DNA of 64,000 bases from a bacterium. GTDB lineage: Bacteria > UBA8248. Of this stretch, positions 1 through 10,406 are shown piece by piece (position 1 is the first letter of the stretch; every line of letters starts with the position of its first letter). The position numbers and the translations under genes are program-made. The stretch is taken from assembly GCA_965204535.1 (NCBI GenBank), contig OZ241996.1:480001-544000 (forward strand), in the 5' to 3' direction. The notes beneath the pieces are model-generated. The model was not told where the DNA came from. It ran no database searches and saw only the letters and a program-made list of their open reading frames with translations.

Positions 1-299
1 CCGGCGGGGGGCAGGCGGATTTCTTGCGCGAACTTTTAGCCGCGCAGAACGACAAGTGGGTCTACAACGTCGCGCAGTTCGCGATGGGCCTCAATCCCGA
101 ATGCAGGGATTTTACCGGCGAGATGCTGAACGATGAAGGCGTGAACGGCACGATCCACATCGGCATCGGAACCTCCGCCAACCTGGGCGGCGACGTGCAG
201 GCCAAGACCCACTTCGACGCCATCATCCGCGCGCCTTCGGTCTGGTTCGACGGCGAGGCCATCATCAAAGACGGCGAGATACTCGTAAACGCGGAATGA
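1..299 (+). CDS. Leucyl aminopeptidase / M29-like metallopeptidase, C-terminal part (truncated by window start)
   Basis: C-terminal motif GTIHIGIGTSANLGG...HFDAII is typical of aminopeptidase-T-like proteins; stop overlaps the next start. Confidence 0.65.
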   Translation, partial: GGGQADFLRELLAAQNDKWVYNVAQFAMGLNPECRDFTGEMLNDEGVNGTIHIGIGTSANLGGDVQAKTHFDAIIRAPSVWFDGEAIIKDGEILVNAE

Positions 300-2386
300 T
301 GGATAACAATTTGAACATTCGCCTGGGCGTAGACATCGGAGGCACGTTCACCGACCTCGTGCTCATCGACGAGGCGCGCGGCGCGGCCCACATCGCCAAG
401 GTGCTGACCACGCCCGACGATCCCGCAGAGGGGACGCTGGCCGGTTTCAGGACAATACTCGAATCGGCGGGTATCGACGCATCCGATCTGGCGAGCATCG
501 TTCACGCCACCACCCTCATCACCAACGCGTTGATCGAGAGAAAAGGCGCGCGCACGGGCCTCATCACCACGCAGGGGTTCTCGGACGTCATCGAGATCGG
601 CCGCGAGAAGCGCTTCGACCTCTACGACCTGCACCAGGAGATGCCGGAGCCTTTGATCGCAGAAGAATTCCGGGCCGAGGCGCCCGAACGCGTCCACGTG
701 GACGGCGAGGTGGTGGTTCCCCTGGACGAGGAAGCCGTGAAGCGCGAGGCGGAAAGGCTCCTTGAGATAGGTGCGGAATCCATCGCCGTCTCGTTTCTCC
801 ATGCGCCGGTGAACTCTGCGAACGAAAGAGCGGCGCAGGCGGCCATCGGGGAAGTAGCGGGCGATACGCCCGTTTCCATCTCATCCGACGTGGCCCCCGA
901 GACGGGCGAGTACGAGCGCGCCTCCACCACGGCGGCGAACGCCTACGTGCGGCCCATCGCCGATGCGTACCTGACGCGCCTGCTCGCCAGCCTGCGCGAT
1001 TCGGGCTTCGCGGGTGACCTCTTCATCATGCTCTCCAATTCGGGCTTCGCGGCGGTCGAAAGCGTGCGCGAGCACCCCGTGCGGATCATCGAATCGGGGC
1101 CTGCAGGCGGCGCGCTCGCGGCGGCGCAGATCGCCCGCTCGCTGGGCGAGGCCCACGCCCTGGGGTTCGACATGGGCGGAACCACGGCCAAGATATGTTT
1201 GATCGAAGACGGCGAACCCGCGACGGAAAACCGATTCGAGGTGGCGCGGACGTCGAGGTTCCAGAAGGGAAGCGGCCTGCCCATCCTCTCGCCAACGGTG
1301 GATTTGGTCGAGATCGGCGCGGGCGGCGGCAGCATTGCGCAGATAAGCGACCTGGGATTGATCCGCGTCGGGCCGCAGAGCGCGGGCGCGGCCCCGGGGC
1401 CCGCCTGCTACGATCAGGGAGGCGCGCAGCCCACCGTCACGGACGCGAACCTGCTCCTGGGCTATCTCAATCCAGATTTCTTCCTGGGCGGCGCGATGCG
1501 GCTAGAAGCCGAACGCGCGCGCGAGGCCGTCTCCTCGCTGGCTGAGAAGCTCGACATGAGCGTCGAGGATGCGGCGTGGGGGATTTACGAGATCATCACC
1601 GAGCAGATGGCGAGCGCCGCGCGCGTGCACATCGCCGAAAAAGGGGGCGACCCCAGGAACTACGCCCTGATCGCCACGGGCGGCGCCGCGCCCCTTCACG
1701 CCTGCCACATGGCGAAAAAACTCTACATCCGCCGGGTCGTCTGCCCGCCGGACGTGGGCGTGGCTTCGGCCGCCGGTCTCCTGGCGGCGCGGCCGAGGGC
1801 GGACGCCGTTCGCGTCCTGGTGTCCGACGTGGATGCGGTCGACTGGGCGCGCGTCGAGGAGTCGTACCGGGAGATGGCCGCGCAGATGACGGATTCCCTT
1901 GGCGAGGGGATAGAGGTGGACGGGCGCTGGGAGTTTCTTTGCGCGGCCGACATGCGCTACCGGGGGCAGACGGACACGGTGAGCGTCCCCCTGCCAGAAG
2001 TTGGGGCGATGCCGGTGCGTGACGCCGCGAACATGCAGGAGCTGTTCGAGCGTGCCTATGAGCGGCGGTATTTGCGAAAGATCGAGAACGTGGCGGCGGA
2101 GGTGGCCGCCTGGCGGCTGACCATGCTGGGTCCCGGCCCCTCCGAGGCGGAAGTCCCGCCCCTCAAAGACGATACGGATTTCGATAAAGGAGTGAGAGAA
2201 ATATATGCGGGTCCCGAGCGTGGATTCTCGGAGGCGCGCGTGTATCACCGGTATTCGCTGCCCGCCGGGCGGGAATTTTCAGGCCCCGCCATCGTCGAGG
2301 AGCGCGAATCCACCATCGTGGTCCCCGAAGACGCGCGCTTCAGGAAAGACGCGGGTGGCCACATCGTCATAGAGGTGGAAGGCTGA
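299..2386 (+). CDS. Hydantoinase/oxoprolinase family subunit A
   Basis: GVDIGGTFTD, HATT, ESGPAGG, DMGGTT, GAGGGS, GPQSAGAAPGPACY and PTVTDAN motifs. Confidence 0.93.
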   Translation: MDNNLNIRLGVDIGGTFTDLVLIDEARGAAHIAKVLTTPDDPAEGTLAGFRTILESAGIDASDLASIVHATTLITNALIERKGARTGLITTQGFSDVIEIGREKRFDLYDLHQEMPEPLIAEEFRAEAPERVHVDGEVVVPLDEEAVKREAERLLEIGAESIAVSFLHAPVNSANERAAQAAIGEVAGDTPVSISSDVAPETGEYERASTTAANAYVRPIADAYLTRLLASLRDSGFAGDLFIMLSNSGFAAVESVREHPVRIIESGPAGGALAAAQIARSLGEAHALGFDMGGTTAKICLIEDGEPATENRFEVARTSRFQKGSGLPILSPTVDLVEIGAGGGSIAQISDLGLIRVGPQSAGAAPGPACYDQGGAQPTVTDANLLLGYLNPDFFLGGAMRLEAERAREAVSSLAEKLDMSVEDAAWGIYEIITEQMASAARVHIAEKGGDPRNYALIATGGAAPLHACHMAKKLYIRRVVCPPDVGVASAAGLLAARPRADAVRVLVSDVDAVDWARVEESYREMAAQMTDSLGEGIEVDGRWEFLCAADMRYRGQTDTVSVPLPEVGAMPVRDAANMQELFERAYERRYLRKIENVAAEVAAWRLTMLGPGPSEAEVPPLKDDTDFDKGVREIYAGPERGFSEARVYHRYSLPAGREFSGPAIVEERESTIVVPEDARFRKDAGGHIVIEVEG

Positions 2387-3933
2387 TGTCGTTCGATCCC
2401 ATCACGCTGGAAGTGCTCTGGCGGCGGCTCATCGGCATCGTGGACGAGGCGGCGGCGACGCTCGTACGCACCTCGTTCTCGACGCTGGTGCGCGAGTCGA
2501 ACGATTTCTCCTGCGTGATCACCGACGATCAGGGCCACTCGCTCGTGCAGTCCTCGACCAGCATCGCCTCGTTCATCGGCACCCTGCCCATAACGGTTCG
2601 CCATTTCTTGAGAGCCTTTCCGCCCGAGGCGCTGGAGCCCGGCGACATCCTCATCACCAACGACATCTGGTACGGAACGGGCCATCTCCCCGACGTGAAC
2701 ATCGTGAAGCCGGTGTTCTACCGGGATAGATTCATCGGTTTTTCGGCCAGCACGGCCCATCTGCCCGACATCGGCGGCAAAATCCGCTCGCCCGACCCGA
2801 GGGAGGTCTACGAGGAGGGCCTCCAGATCCCCATGATGAAGATGTACCGGCGCGGCGAGCCCGACCGGACGCTCATCGACCTCATCCGCTACAACGTGCG
2901 CGTGCCCGACCTGGTGATGGGCGACATCAACGCCCAGCTCACGGCGAACCGCCTGGCGGAAAAGCGCCTGGGCGATCTGCTGGATGAATACGGTCTGGAG
3001 GATCTGCGCGCGCTGACGAAGGAGATCCAGGGCCGCTCGGAGAAGGCCATGCGCGACGCCCTGCGACGTCTGCCCGACGGGGAGTTCGCGTCCGAAATCG
3101 AGACCGACGGCCTGGCGGAACCCATACGGGTGCGGACGCGGATCGAGAAAACGGGCGATTCCCTGGTCATCGACTACGCGGGTTCCTCGCCCCAGGTCGA
3201 TCGCGCCGTGAACGTGGCCTACAACTACACCTACGCCTATTCGGTCTACCCCATCAAATGCGTCCTGTGCCCCGAGGTACCCAACAACGAGGGGTGTTTC
3301 CGGCCCATCGACGTGCGGACGGAGCCGGGCAGCATTTTAGAACCCTTACACCCCGCCGCCGGAGGGGGCCGGATGCTGGTGGGCCACTACCTGCCCGCCG
3401 CCGTCTTCGAGGCGCTCGCCCCCGTCATCCCCGAAGAGGTGCCCGCGGCGAGCGGCTCCCCGCTCTGGTGCGTGAACTATACGGGGCTGGACAAGCGCGG
3501 CGTGCGGACGGCGGGGCTTTTCTTCCAGAACGGGGGCACGGGCGCCACCGCGCGCGGGGACGGCCACGCGTGCCTGAGTTACCCCAGCAACGTCTCCCAC
3601 ACGCCGATAGAGGTGATCGAGCGCATCACGCCCTTCACGCTGATTGAAAAGACGATACTGAGAGACTCCGGCGGCGCCGGGAAATTCCGGGGCGGCTGCG
3701 GGCAGCGGATCGTCTTCCGGAACGACTCGCCCGCGCGCATCACGGTCTCGTTCATGGCCGAGCGCACGAAATCAGCAGCACCTGGGCTGTTCGGCGGCGG
3801 GCACGGCGGGCGGGGGCAGGTGCGCATCAACGAGCGCGAAATCGACCCCAAGGTCACCACCGACATGGAGCCGGGCGACACCTTGACGCTCATTACGCCG
3901 GGCGGCGGGGGCTACGGGGAGGCGGAATCATGA
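2386..3933 (+). CDS. Hydantoinase B/oxoprolinase family subunit
   Basis: DPITLEV start, PGDILITND, HLPDIGG, EEGLQIP and terminal TPGGGGYG; coupled to subunit A. Confidence 0.93.
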   Translation: MSFDPITLEVLWRRLIGIVDEAAATLVRTSFSTLVRESNDFSCVITDDQGHSLVQSSTSIASFIGTLPITVRHFLRAFPPEALEPGDILITNDIWYGTGHLPDVNIVKPVFYRDRFIGFSASTAHLPDIGGKIRSPDPREVYEEGLQIPMMKMYRRGEPDRTLIDLIRYNVRVPDLVMGDINAQLTANRLAEKRLGDLLDEYGLEDLRALTKEIQGRSEKAMRDALRRLPDGEFASEIETDGLAEPIRVRTRIEKTGDSLVIDYAGSSPQVDRAVNVAYNYTYAYSVYPIKCVLCPEVPNNEGCFRPIDVRTEPGSILEPLHPAAGGGRMLVGHYLPAAVFEALAPVIPEEVPAASGSPLWCVNYTGLDKRGVRTAGLFFQNGGTGATARGDGHACLSYPSNVSHTPIEVIERITPFTLIEKTILRDSGGAGKFRGGCGQRIVFRNDSPARITVSFMAERTKSAAPGLFGGGHGGRGQVRINEREIDPKVTTDMEPGDTLTLITPGGGGYGEAES

Positions 3934-4385
3934 AGCCTCTGCTCGGCGATGACGCCTGGGCGTTCGTGGAGCGCGCGCGCGTGGCGCGGCTGGCGACGGC
4001 GGATAAGGACGCCGCGCCCCACGTCGTGCCCGTCGTCTTCGCCGCCGTGGACGGAAAGATATACATTCCGGTGGACGGCAAGCAGAAAAAAGACGTCGAG
4101 CGGCTCAAAAGGCTCGACAACATCCGCGAGAACGCGCAGGTCTCGTTTCTGGTCGATCACTACGAGGACGACTGGGCGAAACTCGGCTTCGCCCTCATCT
4201 TCGGGAACGCGAGGATCATCCACGCCGATGCGGACGCCGCAGCTTACGAGAAGGCTGCCGAACGCTTGCGTGAAAAATACGCGCAGTATCGCGGCGCCAT
4301 CACGATCCACGCCTGGATGATAGAGATAACGCCGCACCGCGCCGCGTCCTGGGGCGCGATGGGAGAGGAGGAGTCTCAAAAGTGA
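3930..4385 (+). CDS. PPOX-class (putative F420-dependent) oxidoreductase, Rv0121-like
   Basis: RVARLAT...PHVVPVVF...RLDNIRENAQVSFLVDHYEDDW. Confidence 0.8.
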   Translation: MKPLLGDDAWAFVERARVARLATADKDAAPHVVPVVFAAVDGKIYIPVDGKQKKDVERLKRLDNIRENAQVSFLVDHYEDDWAKLGFALIFGNARIIHADADAAAYEKAAERLREKYAQYRGAITIHAWMIEITPHRAASWGAMGEEESQK

Positions 4386-5206
4386 AGCTCAGCTATCAGA
4401 TCGCCACGCCGGATATCTCCACCCCCAACCTCCCCAGCGCGCAGGGGACCCTTGAGGAAAACCTCGACTGCATCGCCGAGGCGGGATTCTGCGGCGTGGA
4501 GCTTTCGGTGCGAAAGCCCGCTGAACTCGATTTGGACGATATAGAGAAGCAGATCAATAGCCGGGGCCTCTCGGTTTCGATGATCCACACCGCAGCGATG
4601 GGCTTTCAGGACAGGATATGGCTGTGCCACCCCGTGCCCGAGATCAGGGCGGTCTCCTACCGCCGCCACCTGGACGCGCTCGATATGGCGGAAAGGTTCG
4701 GGTGCGGCATGGTGATCGGCTCCTCGCGCGGGAATCTCTGCGAGGATGAGCGCCGCGAGGATTCCCTCGGCTGGATGCGCGACGCGCTCCTCGGTCTCGC
4801 GGATGAGGCCGCAGCGCGCGGCGCCAGACTCTATCTCGAGCCCTTGTGCAGCCACTGGATCAACAACGTGACCACGGCGGCCGAGGGCGCGGCGCTTTGC
4901 CGGGAACTCGGCCACGAGGCCCTGGTTCTCATGCTCGACACCTACCACATGAACGCGGATGAGGCGTCGTTCACCGACCCCATCCTGGAATCGAGGGAGC
5001 TTCTCGGCCACATGCATATCGCCGAGAACAACCGCTACTATCCCGGCGGCGGGCACATTCCCTTCGGCGAGGTGGTCGGGGCGCTGCGCTCGATAGGCTA
5101 CGGCGGCTGGCTGACCTGCCAGATCGTCTCCAAGCCCGACATCCGCACGGCGGCTAAGCTGGCGGCGGAGAATCTAAGGGCGCTCATCGGGGATGGGGCG
5201 TCCTGA
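4382..5206 (+). CDS. Sugar-phosphate isomerase/epimerase (xylose-isomerase-like TIM barrel)
   Basis: LEP, LDTYHM, HMHIAENNR.YPGGGH and GYGGWL motifs. Confidence 0.85.
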   Translation: MKLSYQIATPDISTPNLPSAQGTLEENLDCIAEAGFCGVELSVRKPAELDLDDIEKQINSRGLSVSMIHTAAMGFQDRIWLCHPVPEIRAVSYRRHLDALDMAERFGCGMVIGSSRGNLCEDERREDSLGWMRDALLGLADEAAARGARLYLEPLCSHWINNVTTAAEGAALCRELGHEALVLMLDTYHMNADEASFTDPILESRELLGHMHIAENNRYYPGGGHIPFGEVVGALRSIGYGGWLTCQIVSKPDIRTAAKLAAENLRALIGDGAS

Positions 5207-5625
5207 GGCATTCTCCGTTCGTCGGGGTTGCTGAAAAACCTCTCCTCGCTCGGAATTGACTACTGCCGGAATAACGATCAAAAACACATTCACCCGTAGT
5301 GACAGCCCCTCCTCGGGGCTGTCCCACAGCCCCCCGTGGCCGCCCGCATCGTATATGTTCATCCCTGTGGCTACGCTTCGCAGGGACAGGCACGGGGGCC
5401 TGTCCCTACGGATTGAGGGCGCTTATCGAGGATGGGGCGTCATAAGGCTTTCGAAAAAGCCGCCGCCCCGCCACCCGCATCCGCCGCCGAATCGTGGGGG
5501 TAATCAGGCGGCAATGGGGCAGCGGGGCAGTGCTTGTTTCATGTAACTCTCAATCTTCCCTGCATTCCAAAATTTGCGTTCAATGAATGTTTGACAGTCT
5601 ATGGTGCGTAACTCCCGCACATGAT

Positions 5626-5688
5626 GTTAAATATCTTTAATAAAGTTAAAGATATATTAACTATCTGGCAAAACTCGCATTTTGTCAA
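5626..5688 (-). promoter_or_regulatory. AT-rich palindrome (possible operator) with an adjacent minus-strand TTGACA -35 box
   Basis: ATATCTTTAA-N5-TTAAAGATAT perfect dyad at 5631-5655; TGTCAA at 5683-5688; -10 match is weak. Confidence 0.4.
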
Positions 5689-5843
5689 GAGGAAAAATCG
5701 AAAAAATCAAATTTTACGGGTGGGAGTCGGTTCTTCTGCGGTGTCTGGAGCGCGGCGCTGCTCGCCTTCCTGCGTTCGCTTTGAGGGGGTCCATACCCGA
5801 CGCCTCAGGAGGGACGCGGACCCTCGTCAGGAGAGATAAAGCC

Positions 5844-6995
5844 TTATTTCTTGAGCGAAAAAAGGCGCCTCGCCAGTTCGGCATCGGGTATGGAAATTTT
5901 CCCCTCCCATGCGAGTTCGGCCAGAAGCCTTCCGGTGAGCGGACCGAACTTGAATCCGTGGCCCGAGAAGCCGGCCCCGAACGCGATGCGCGGGTTCTCG
6001 GGATGCAGGTCGATGATGAAATCCTCATTCGGCGCGTTGGTGTAGAGGCAGTGCTCCGCGCCCGCGAGCGTCCAGTTCTTGCAGGTGAAAAAGCGCGCCA
6101 TGAAACGCCTCACGTCGTCGATTTTCTCCTGGTCGATGGCGTCGGGCGGGTTGTCCGGGTCGTCATCCACCCCGACTCTCAGATGCCGGCCCACCTTGAC
6201 GCCCGCGCGCCCGAATACCGGCATTCCGTAGAACAGGTTGTTCTCGTCCTGTTCCCTGTAGGCCCAGACCGGGAAACGGCCGGGCCGGTAGGCGTCCGGG
6301 TCGTCTTCGGGCGTGAAGTACCCGACCGTCTGGCGGGCGATGTTGAGCTTGGGCCGAATGAACGGGAGTAAATCCTTCGCCCATGCCCCCGCCGCCACGA
6401 CGAGGCGCTCGGTCTCGATAGTCCCCCCGTTCGTTTCGACCTTTACGGGGTCGGACGCCGGGTCGAATCCGTGGACGGCCGTGTTCTCATGGATTTGCGC
6501 CCCGCTCTCGCGGGCCAGCGCGGCGAGCGATTCGATGGCCTCTATCGAGGATATGAATCCCCCCGTCTTGTCCAGCAGGGCGCTCTCGGCGTCCTCGAAA
6601 GTGAACTGGGGGAACCGCCCCCGCGCCTCGTCCGCGGTGAGGAGTTCCACGTCCACGCCCTCTTGTGCCACCGCCTGGACGTAGGAATGGTAACGCTCGC
6701 ACGGCGGCCCGGTGTATATCCCGGGATTGGAATATACGAGTTTTTTGCCGGTGTCCTTTTCGAGCCTGGGCCACTCTTCCTTATGCACCCACTGCATGAG
6801 GCGGACGTATTCGGGGGCGACGTAGGCGCTTCTCGTGACGCGGGCGGCGCCGTGCGAACTGCCCCTGTCGTGGCCGATCTCGAAACGCTCCACCAGCCCG
6901 ACGCGCGCGGCGCCCAGGCGCTTCAGGTGATAAAGGGCCGAGAGCCCGTTGATGCCCCCGCCGACCACCAGGGCGTCGTAAGTATCGCCGTTCAA
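5844..6995 (-). CDS. Monomeric sarcosine oxidase / N-methyltryptophan oxidase family FAD enzyme
   Basis: VVGGGING FAD motif, HDRGSSHG, CLYT and GFSGHGFKFGP. Confidence 0.88.
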   Translation of the reverse strand: MNGDTYDALVVGGGINGLSALYHLKRLGAARVGLVERFEIGHDRGSSHGAARVTRSAYVAPEYVRLMQWVHKEEWPRLEKDTGKKLVYSNPGIYTGPPCERYHSYVQAVAQEGVDVELLTADEARGRFPQFTFEDAESALLDKTGGFISSIEAIESLAALARESGAQIHENTAVHGFDPASDPVKVETNGGTIETERLVVAAGAWAKDLLPFIRPKLNIARQTVGYFTPEDDPDAYRPGRFPVWAYREQDENNLFYGMPVFGRAGVKVGRHLRVGVDDDPDNPPDAIDQEKIDDVRRFMARFFTCKNWTLAGAEHCLYTNAPNEDFIIDLHPENPRIAFGAGFSGHGFKFGPLTGRLLAELAWEGKISIPDAELARRLFSLKK

Positions 6996-7471
6996 GAAAA
7001 CTTACCTCATGCGGTGATGCCGCGCCGCCGGATTTTCATACTTAGCCGGCGCGGGCAATCTTTTTCACGTCGTCTACAGGGAAACATCCATAGCAAATCG
7101 GCGTGTTTCCGCCAAGTGGTCTTCGGAGGGAGGCGATTGTGCCTGGTTTGCGCTTATCCCATTTTCTGTAGAGACGATTCACGAATTGTGAGGTTGACTA
7201 GGGTAGGGACAGGTCGCGACCTGTCCCTGCATCGAAAGCCACAATTTTCCCGTGTTGCCTTGATGACCCGTAGGGACAGGCCCCCGTGCCTGTCCTGGTG
7301 GAGGACAACCACGGGGGGTTGTCCCTGCAAACGTGCTTTCTCGGTGCTCGTTTGGCATAGAAGAAGAAAACTCTTGTGGTGAAGGCGCGGTTAGCCTCGT
7401 CGTGGTAAGGTGGCGTTTCATCAACTCGATAGCAGCGATATGAAATTCACATAGCTGGAATGGAGGTCGAA

Positions 7472-8896
7472 ATGAGCGCCGATGGACTGAATTTTCTCTC
7501 AATACATGAGCTTGCCCGGCAGATCGAGCAGAAGAAAATCTCACCGCGCGAGGTGGTGGACGCGCATCTGCGGCAAATCGAGGCCCTGAACCCCGAACTC
7601 AACGCGTTCATCACCGTGTGCGCGGACGAGGCACGCGAGGACGCGGCGAAGGCGGAAAGCGAGATTCAGGGCGGCCGCTACCGCGGCCTTTTGCACGGCG
7701 TGCCGGTCGGCATCAAGGACATCATCGATACCGCGGGCGTCCTGACGACGCAGGGGTCGAGCTTTTTCCCCGAAAACGTGCCGGCGGCGGATGCCGAGTG
7801 CGTGAGGAAGCTGAAAGAAGCGGGCGCCGTCGTCGTCGGAAAGTGCAACACGCACGAGTTCGCGGCGGGCTCCACGACGGTGAACCCCCACTACGGCCCC
7901 GCGCGCAACCCCTGGAATCCCGAGCGCGTCTCGGGCGGTTCGAGCGGCGGCTCGGGCGCTGCGGTGGCGGCCTATATGTGTCCGGGCGCGGTGGGAACCG
8001 ACACGGGCGGCTCCATCCGGGGGCCTGCGAGCGCATGCGGCACGATGGGCCTGAAACCCACCTACGGCCGCGTGAGCCTTCGCGGCATTTTCCCGAACTC
8101 CCCGACGCTCGACCACGCCGGCCCGCTCGCAAGAACGGCGCGCGACTGCGGCATCATGCTGCAGGCCATGGCGGGCTACGACCCGGCGGACGCAGGATCC
8201 AAAGACCGCGAGACGCCCGATTTCTGCGCCCTGATAGGCGAGGGCGTCGAGGGGATGCGCTTCGGGGTTTGTGAGGACCTCTATCTCCCGGAAAACGACG
8301 CTTCGGTGCAGAAAGGCTTCGAGAATGCGATAGAGACCATGAAGGCTCTGGGCGGCGCCGTCGTCCATGTGCGATATCCGAACGCGGATAGAATGAGGGA
8401 TGTGCGGCGCATCATCGCCAGCGCCGAACTGGCGGCGGTTCACCGCGAGCGGCTCGCTGCGCATCCGGAAAAATTCGGCGACGACGTCCGCGAGCGCCTG
8501 GAAATTTCGAGCCGCGTGACGCTGGAAGAATACATGCACGCCATGAGAGAGCGGCGCACCCTCACCCGCGAGATGGCGAAGGTGTTCGATGAGATCGATA
8601 TTCTCCTGGCGCCCGGCTATCCCTGCCCCGCGGGGCCCGTTGCGACGATAATGGGCACGGTGAACGGGAAGGAGCATCTCTTCACGGGCCTCGGCAGACC
8701 GCAGACCGGCCCCTACAACCTCTTCGGTTTCCCGACCATGGCGGCGCCTTCGGGCTTCAGCGAAGACGGCCTGCCCGTATCGATCCAGATCGTGGGGCCG
8801 CCCTGGGAGGAGGCGCGCGTGCTGCAGGCGTCCCATGCGTTCGAGGAAGCCACGCCGGAGGTCCGGCGGAAGAAGCCGGCCATGGTCGGCGGGTGA
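7472..8896 (+). CDS. Amidase signature family protein
   Basis: GVPVGIKD, GGSSGGSGAAVAA and GTDTGGSIR; RBS GGAGG upstream. Confidence 0.93.
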   Translation: MSADGLNFLSIHELARQIEQKKISPREVVDAHLRQIEALNPELNAFITVCADEAREDAAKAESEIQGGRYRGLLHGVPVGIKDIIDTAGVLTTQGSSFFPENVPAADAECVRKLKEAGAVVVGKCNTHEFAAGSTTVNPHYGPARNPWNPERVSGGSSGGSGAAVAAYMCPGAVGTDTGGSIRGPASACGTMGLKPTYGRVSLRGIFPNSPTLDHAGPLARTARDCGIMLQAMAGYDPADAGSKDRETPDFCALIGEGVEGMRFGVCEDLYLPENDASVQKGFENAIETMKALGGAVVHVRYPNADRMRDVRRIIASAELAAVHRERLAAHPEKFGDDVRERLEISSRVTLEEYMHAMRERRTLTREMAKVFDEIDILLAPGYPCPAGPVATIMGTVNGKEHLFTGLGRPQTGPYNLFGFPTMAAPSGFSEDGLPVSIQIVGPPWEEARVLQASHAFEEATPEVRRKKPAMVGG

Positions 8897-8934
8897 TTTA
8901 CCGGATCATTTTCTCATCATGAGGGTATAGAGAT

Positions 8935-9783
8935 ATGACGCAAACCGATGGTTCCACGCTCGTTTCGGCGGCGTGGCTCGCTGAACGCCTGGATAATCCG
9001 AATCTCCACGTCATCGAGGTGTCCTCCGCGGGCGACGACGCCTCCTACCGCGAAGCCCACGTGCCGGGCGCGCACTGGTGGTTCTGGAAAGGGGCGCTCT
9101 GGCACGAGACGGACCGCGCGTTCGCAGCACCCGAAGCGCTGGCCGAACGTCTGGGCGGGATGGGCGTCGGGCCGGATGATGAAATCGTCCTGTACGGCGA
9201 GCCGGTGCAGTTCGGAACCTACGCCTTCTGGGTGCTCAGGATGGCGGGTTTTCAGAACCTGAAGCTGCTCGACGGCGCGAAGAAAAAATGGATGGCCGAC
9301 GGGATGCCCGTATCGAGCGATGCGCCGGAAGCCGCCGCCGTCGCACACACCGCGCCGGATGGGGGCGAGGTCTTAAGCGTGGGCAGGGACGATATTCGAG
9401 ATAAGCTGGGCGCGCCGGGCAGGGTGCTGCTCGACGTGCGCTCGCCCGAGGAATACAGCGGCGAGCGGGTGATGCCGCCTCCCGGTTTCGACCACGGGGC
9501 CGAGCGCGCGGGGCGCATACCGGGGGCCGCGCACCTGTTCTTCCGGGAACTGCTGAACGAGGACGACACCTATAAGAGCACGGAGGAGCTTGCCCGGATT
9601 CTCGGCGGCGCGGGCGCCACAGGTGATGACGAGATAGAACTCGTCCTCTACTGACGCTTGAGCCACCGGGCCAGTCTGGTCTGGTTCGCCATGCGGTATC
9701 TGCTGGGCCATGAAGACGTGAAGATTTACGACGGCTCCTGGACGGAGTGGGGGAGCATCGTCGGTTTCCCGATTGAGAGATGA
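8935..9783 (+). CDS. Two-domain rhodanese/sulfurtransferase (SseA/CysA-like) with probable selenocysteine at TGA 9652-9654
   Basis: HVPGA, LDVRSPEEY and GRIPGA motifs; reading through the TGA gives Y-U-RLSHRASLVWFAMRYLLGHEDVKIYDGSWTEWG..., the conserved rhodanese C-terminus, ending at TGA 9781-9783. Confidence 0.88.
9655..9690 (+). promoter_or_regulatory. Candidate bacterial SECIS hairpin
   Basis: ACCGGGCCA-GTC-TGGTCTGGT stem-loop at 9665-9685; apical G (followed by U) lies 20 nt after the UGA. Confidence 0.65.
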
Positions 9784-9976
9784 GGGAACCCCGTAAGTCG
9801 GCGCAGGGACAACCCTTTCGGGTTGCCTTTCAAGGAGAAAAGGCCGACCCCCCGCGAAGGGCCACCGGAATGACGGGCGTTGTCCTGCCCTCTGTGGTTG
9901 TCTTTTTTCGGACAGGCACAGAGGCCTCGGACAGCCCCGACGAGGGGCTGTCACTACATCTCCCTCGCCCCAGAAC

Positions 9977-10335
9977 CAACCCCCCCTACCCCCCCTTGTC
10001 AGGGGGGTAAGAAAGACCCCTCCCCCGACAAAAAAGGATCAACTCCCCCCTTGAGGGTCTGGCTTCCCGAGGGGAAAGCCAGACGAGGAAGCCGAACCGA
10101 CAGGTGAAGGCTGACTCGGTGGGGGGACATGCCACTGAAAAAACTCCCCCCACCGAATCGCTTGCGGGCTTCGCCCTTAGCTCTTCGACTCCCCCTCAAG
10201 GGGGGAGTGAAATACCTTGGGGGTCATTGCTGACTGATGAAGGAAGAACCAACGCAGGGGGGCTTTTCTTCCACCCCCTCGTTGGCGGGCATCGCCTTTT
10301 TTTACCCCCCTGACAAGGGGGGGTAGGGGGGGTTG
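9977..10335. repeat. MITE-like family A copy (TIR CAACCCCCCCTACCCCCCCTTGTCAGGGGGG) with a family B element nested inside
   Basis: Inverted termini at both ends; internal ACTCCCCCCTTGAGGG...CCCCCTCAAGGGGGGAGTG element at about 10042-10210. Confidence 0.85.
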
Positions 10336-10371
10336 CCTTTCAGGGTGAGGAGGTGAGCACGACCGGTCGGA

Positions 10372-10406
10372 AGAAAAAAGGCCGACACCCCGCGAAGGGC
10401 CGGCGG
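10372..10406 (-). terminator. Probable intrinsic terminator downstream of the lipoprotein gene
   Basis: GC-rich hairpin followed by a T-run on the minus strand. Confidence 0.5.

Noticed and set aside
5603-5632. Possible chromosomal dif site (GGTGCGTAAC...TGATGTTAAAT)
   Set aside because: Arm spacing is not 6 bp and the inner ATAA/TTAT bases are missing
7472-8896. gatA assignment
   Set aside because: No adjacent gatB or gatC, and the sequence fits a generic amidase
8935-9654. Rhodanese as a truncated 239-aa protein or pseudogene
   Set aside because: The stop is TGA at the catalytic position, the downstream frame is intact and a SECIS-like hairpin follows, so Sec readthrough is more parsimonious
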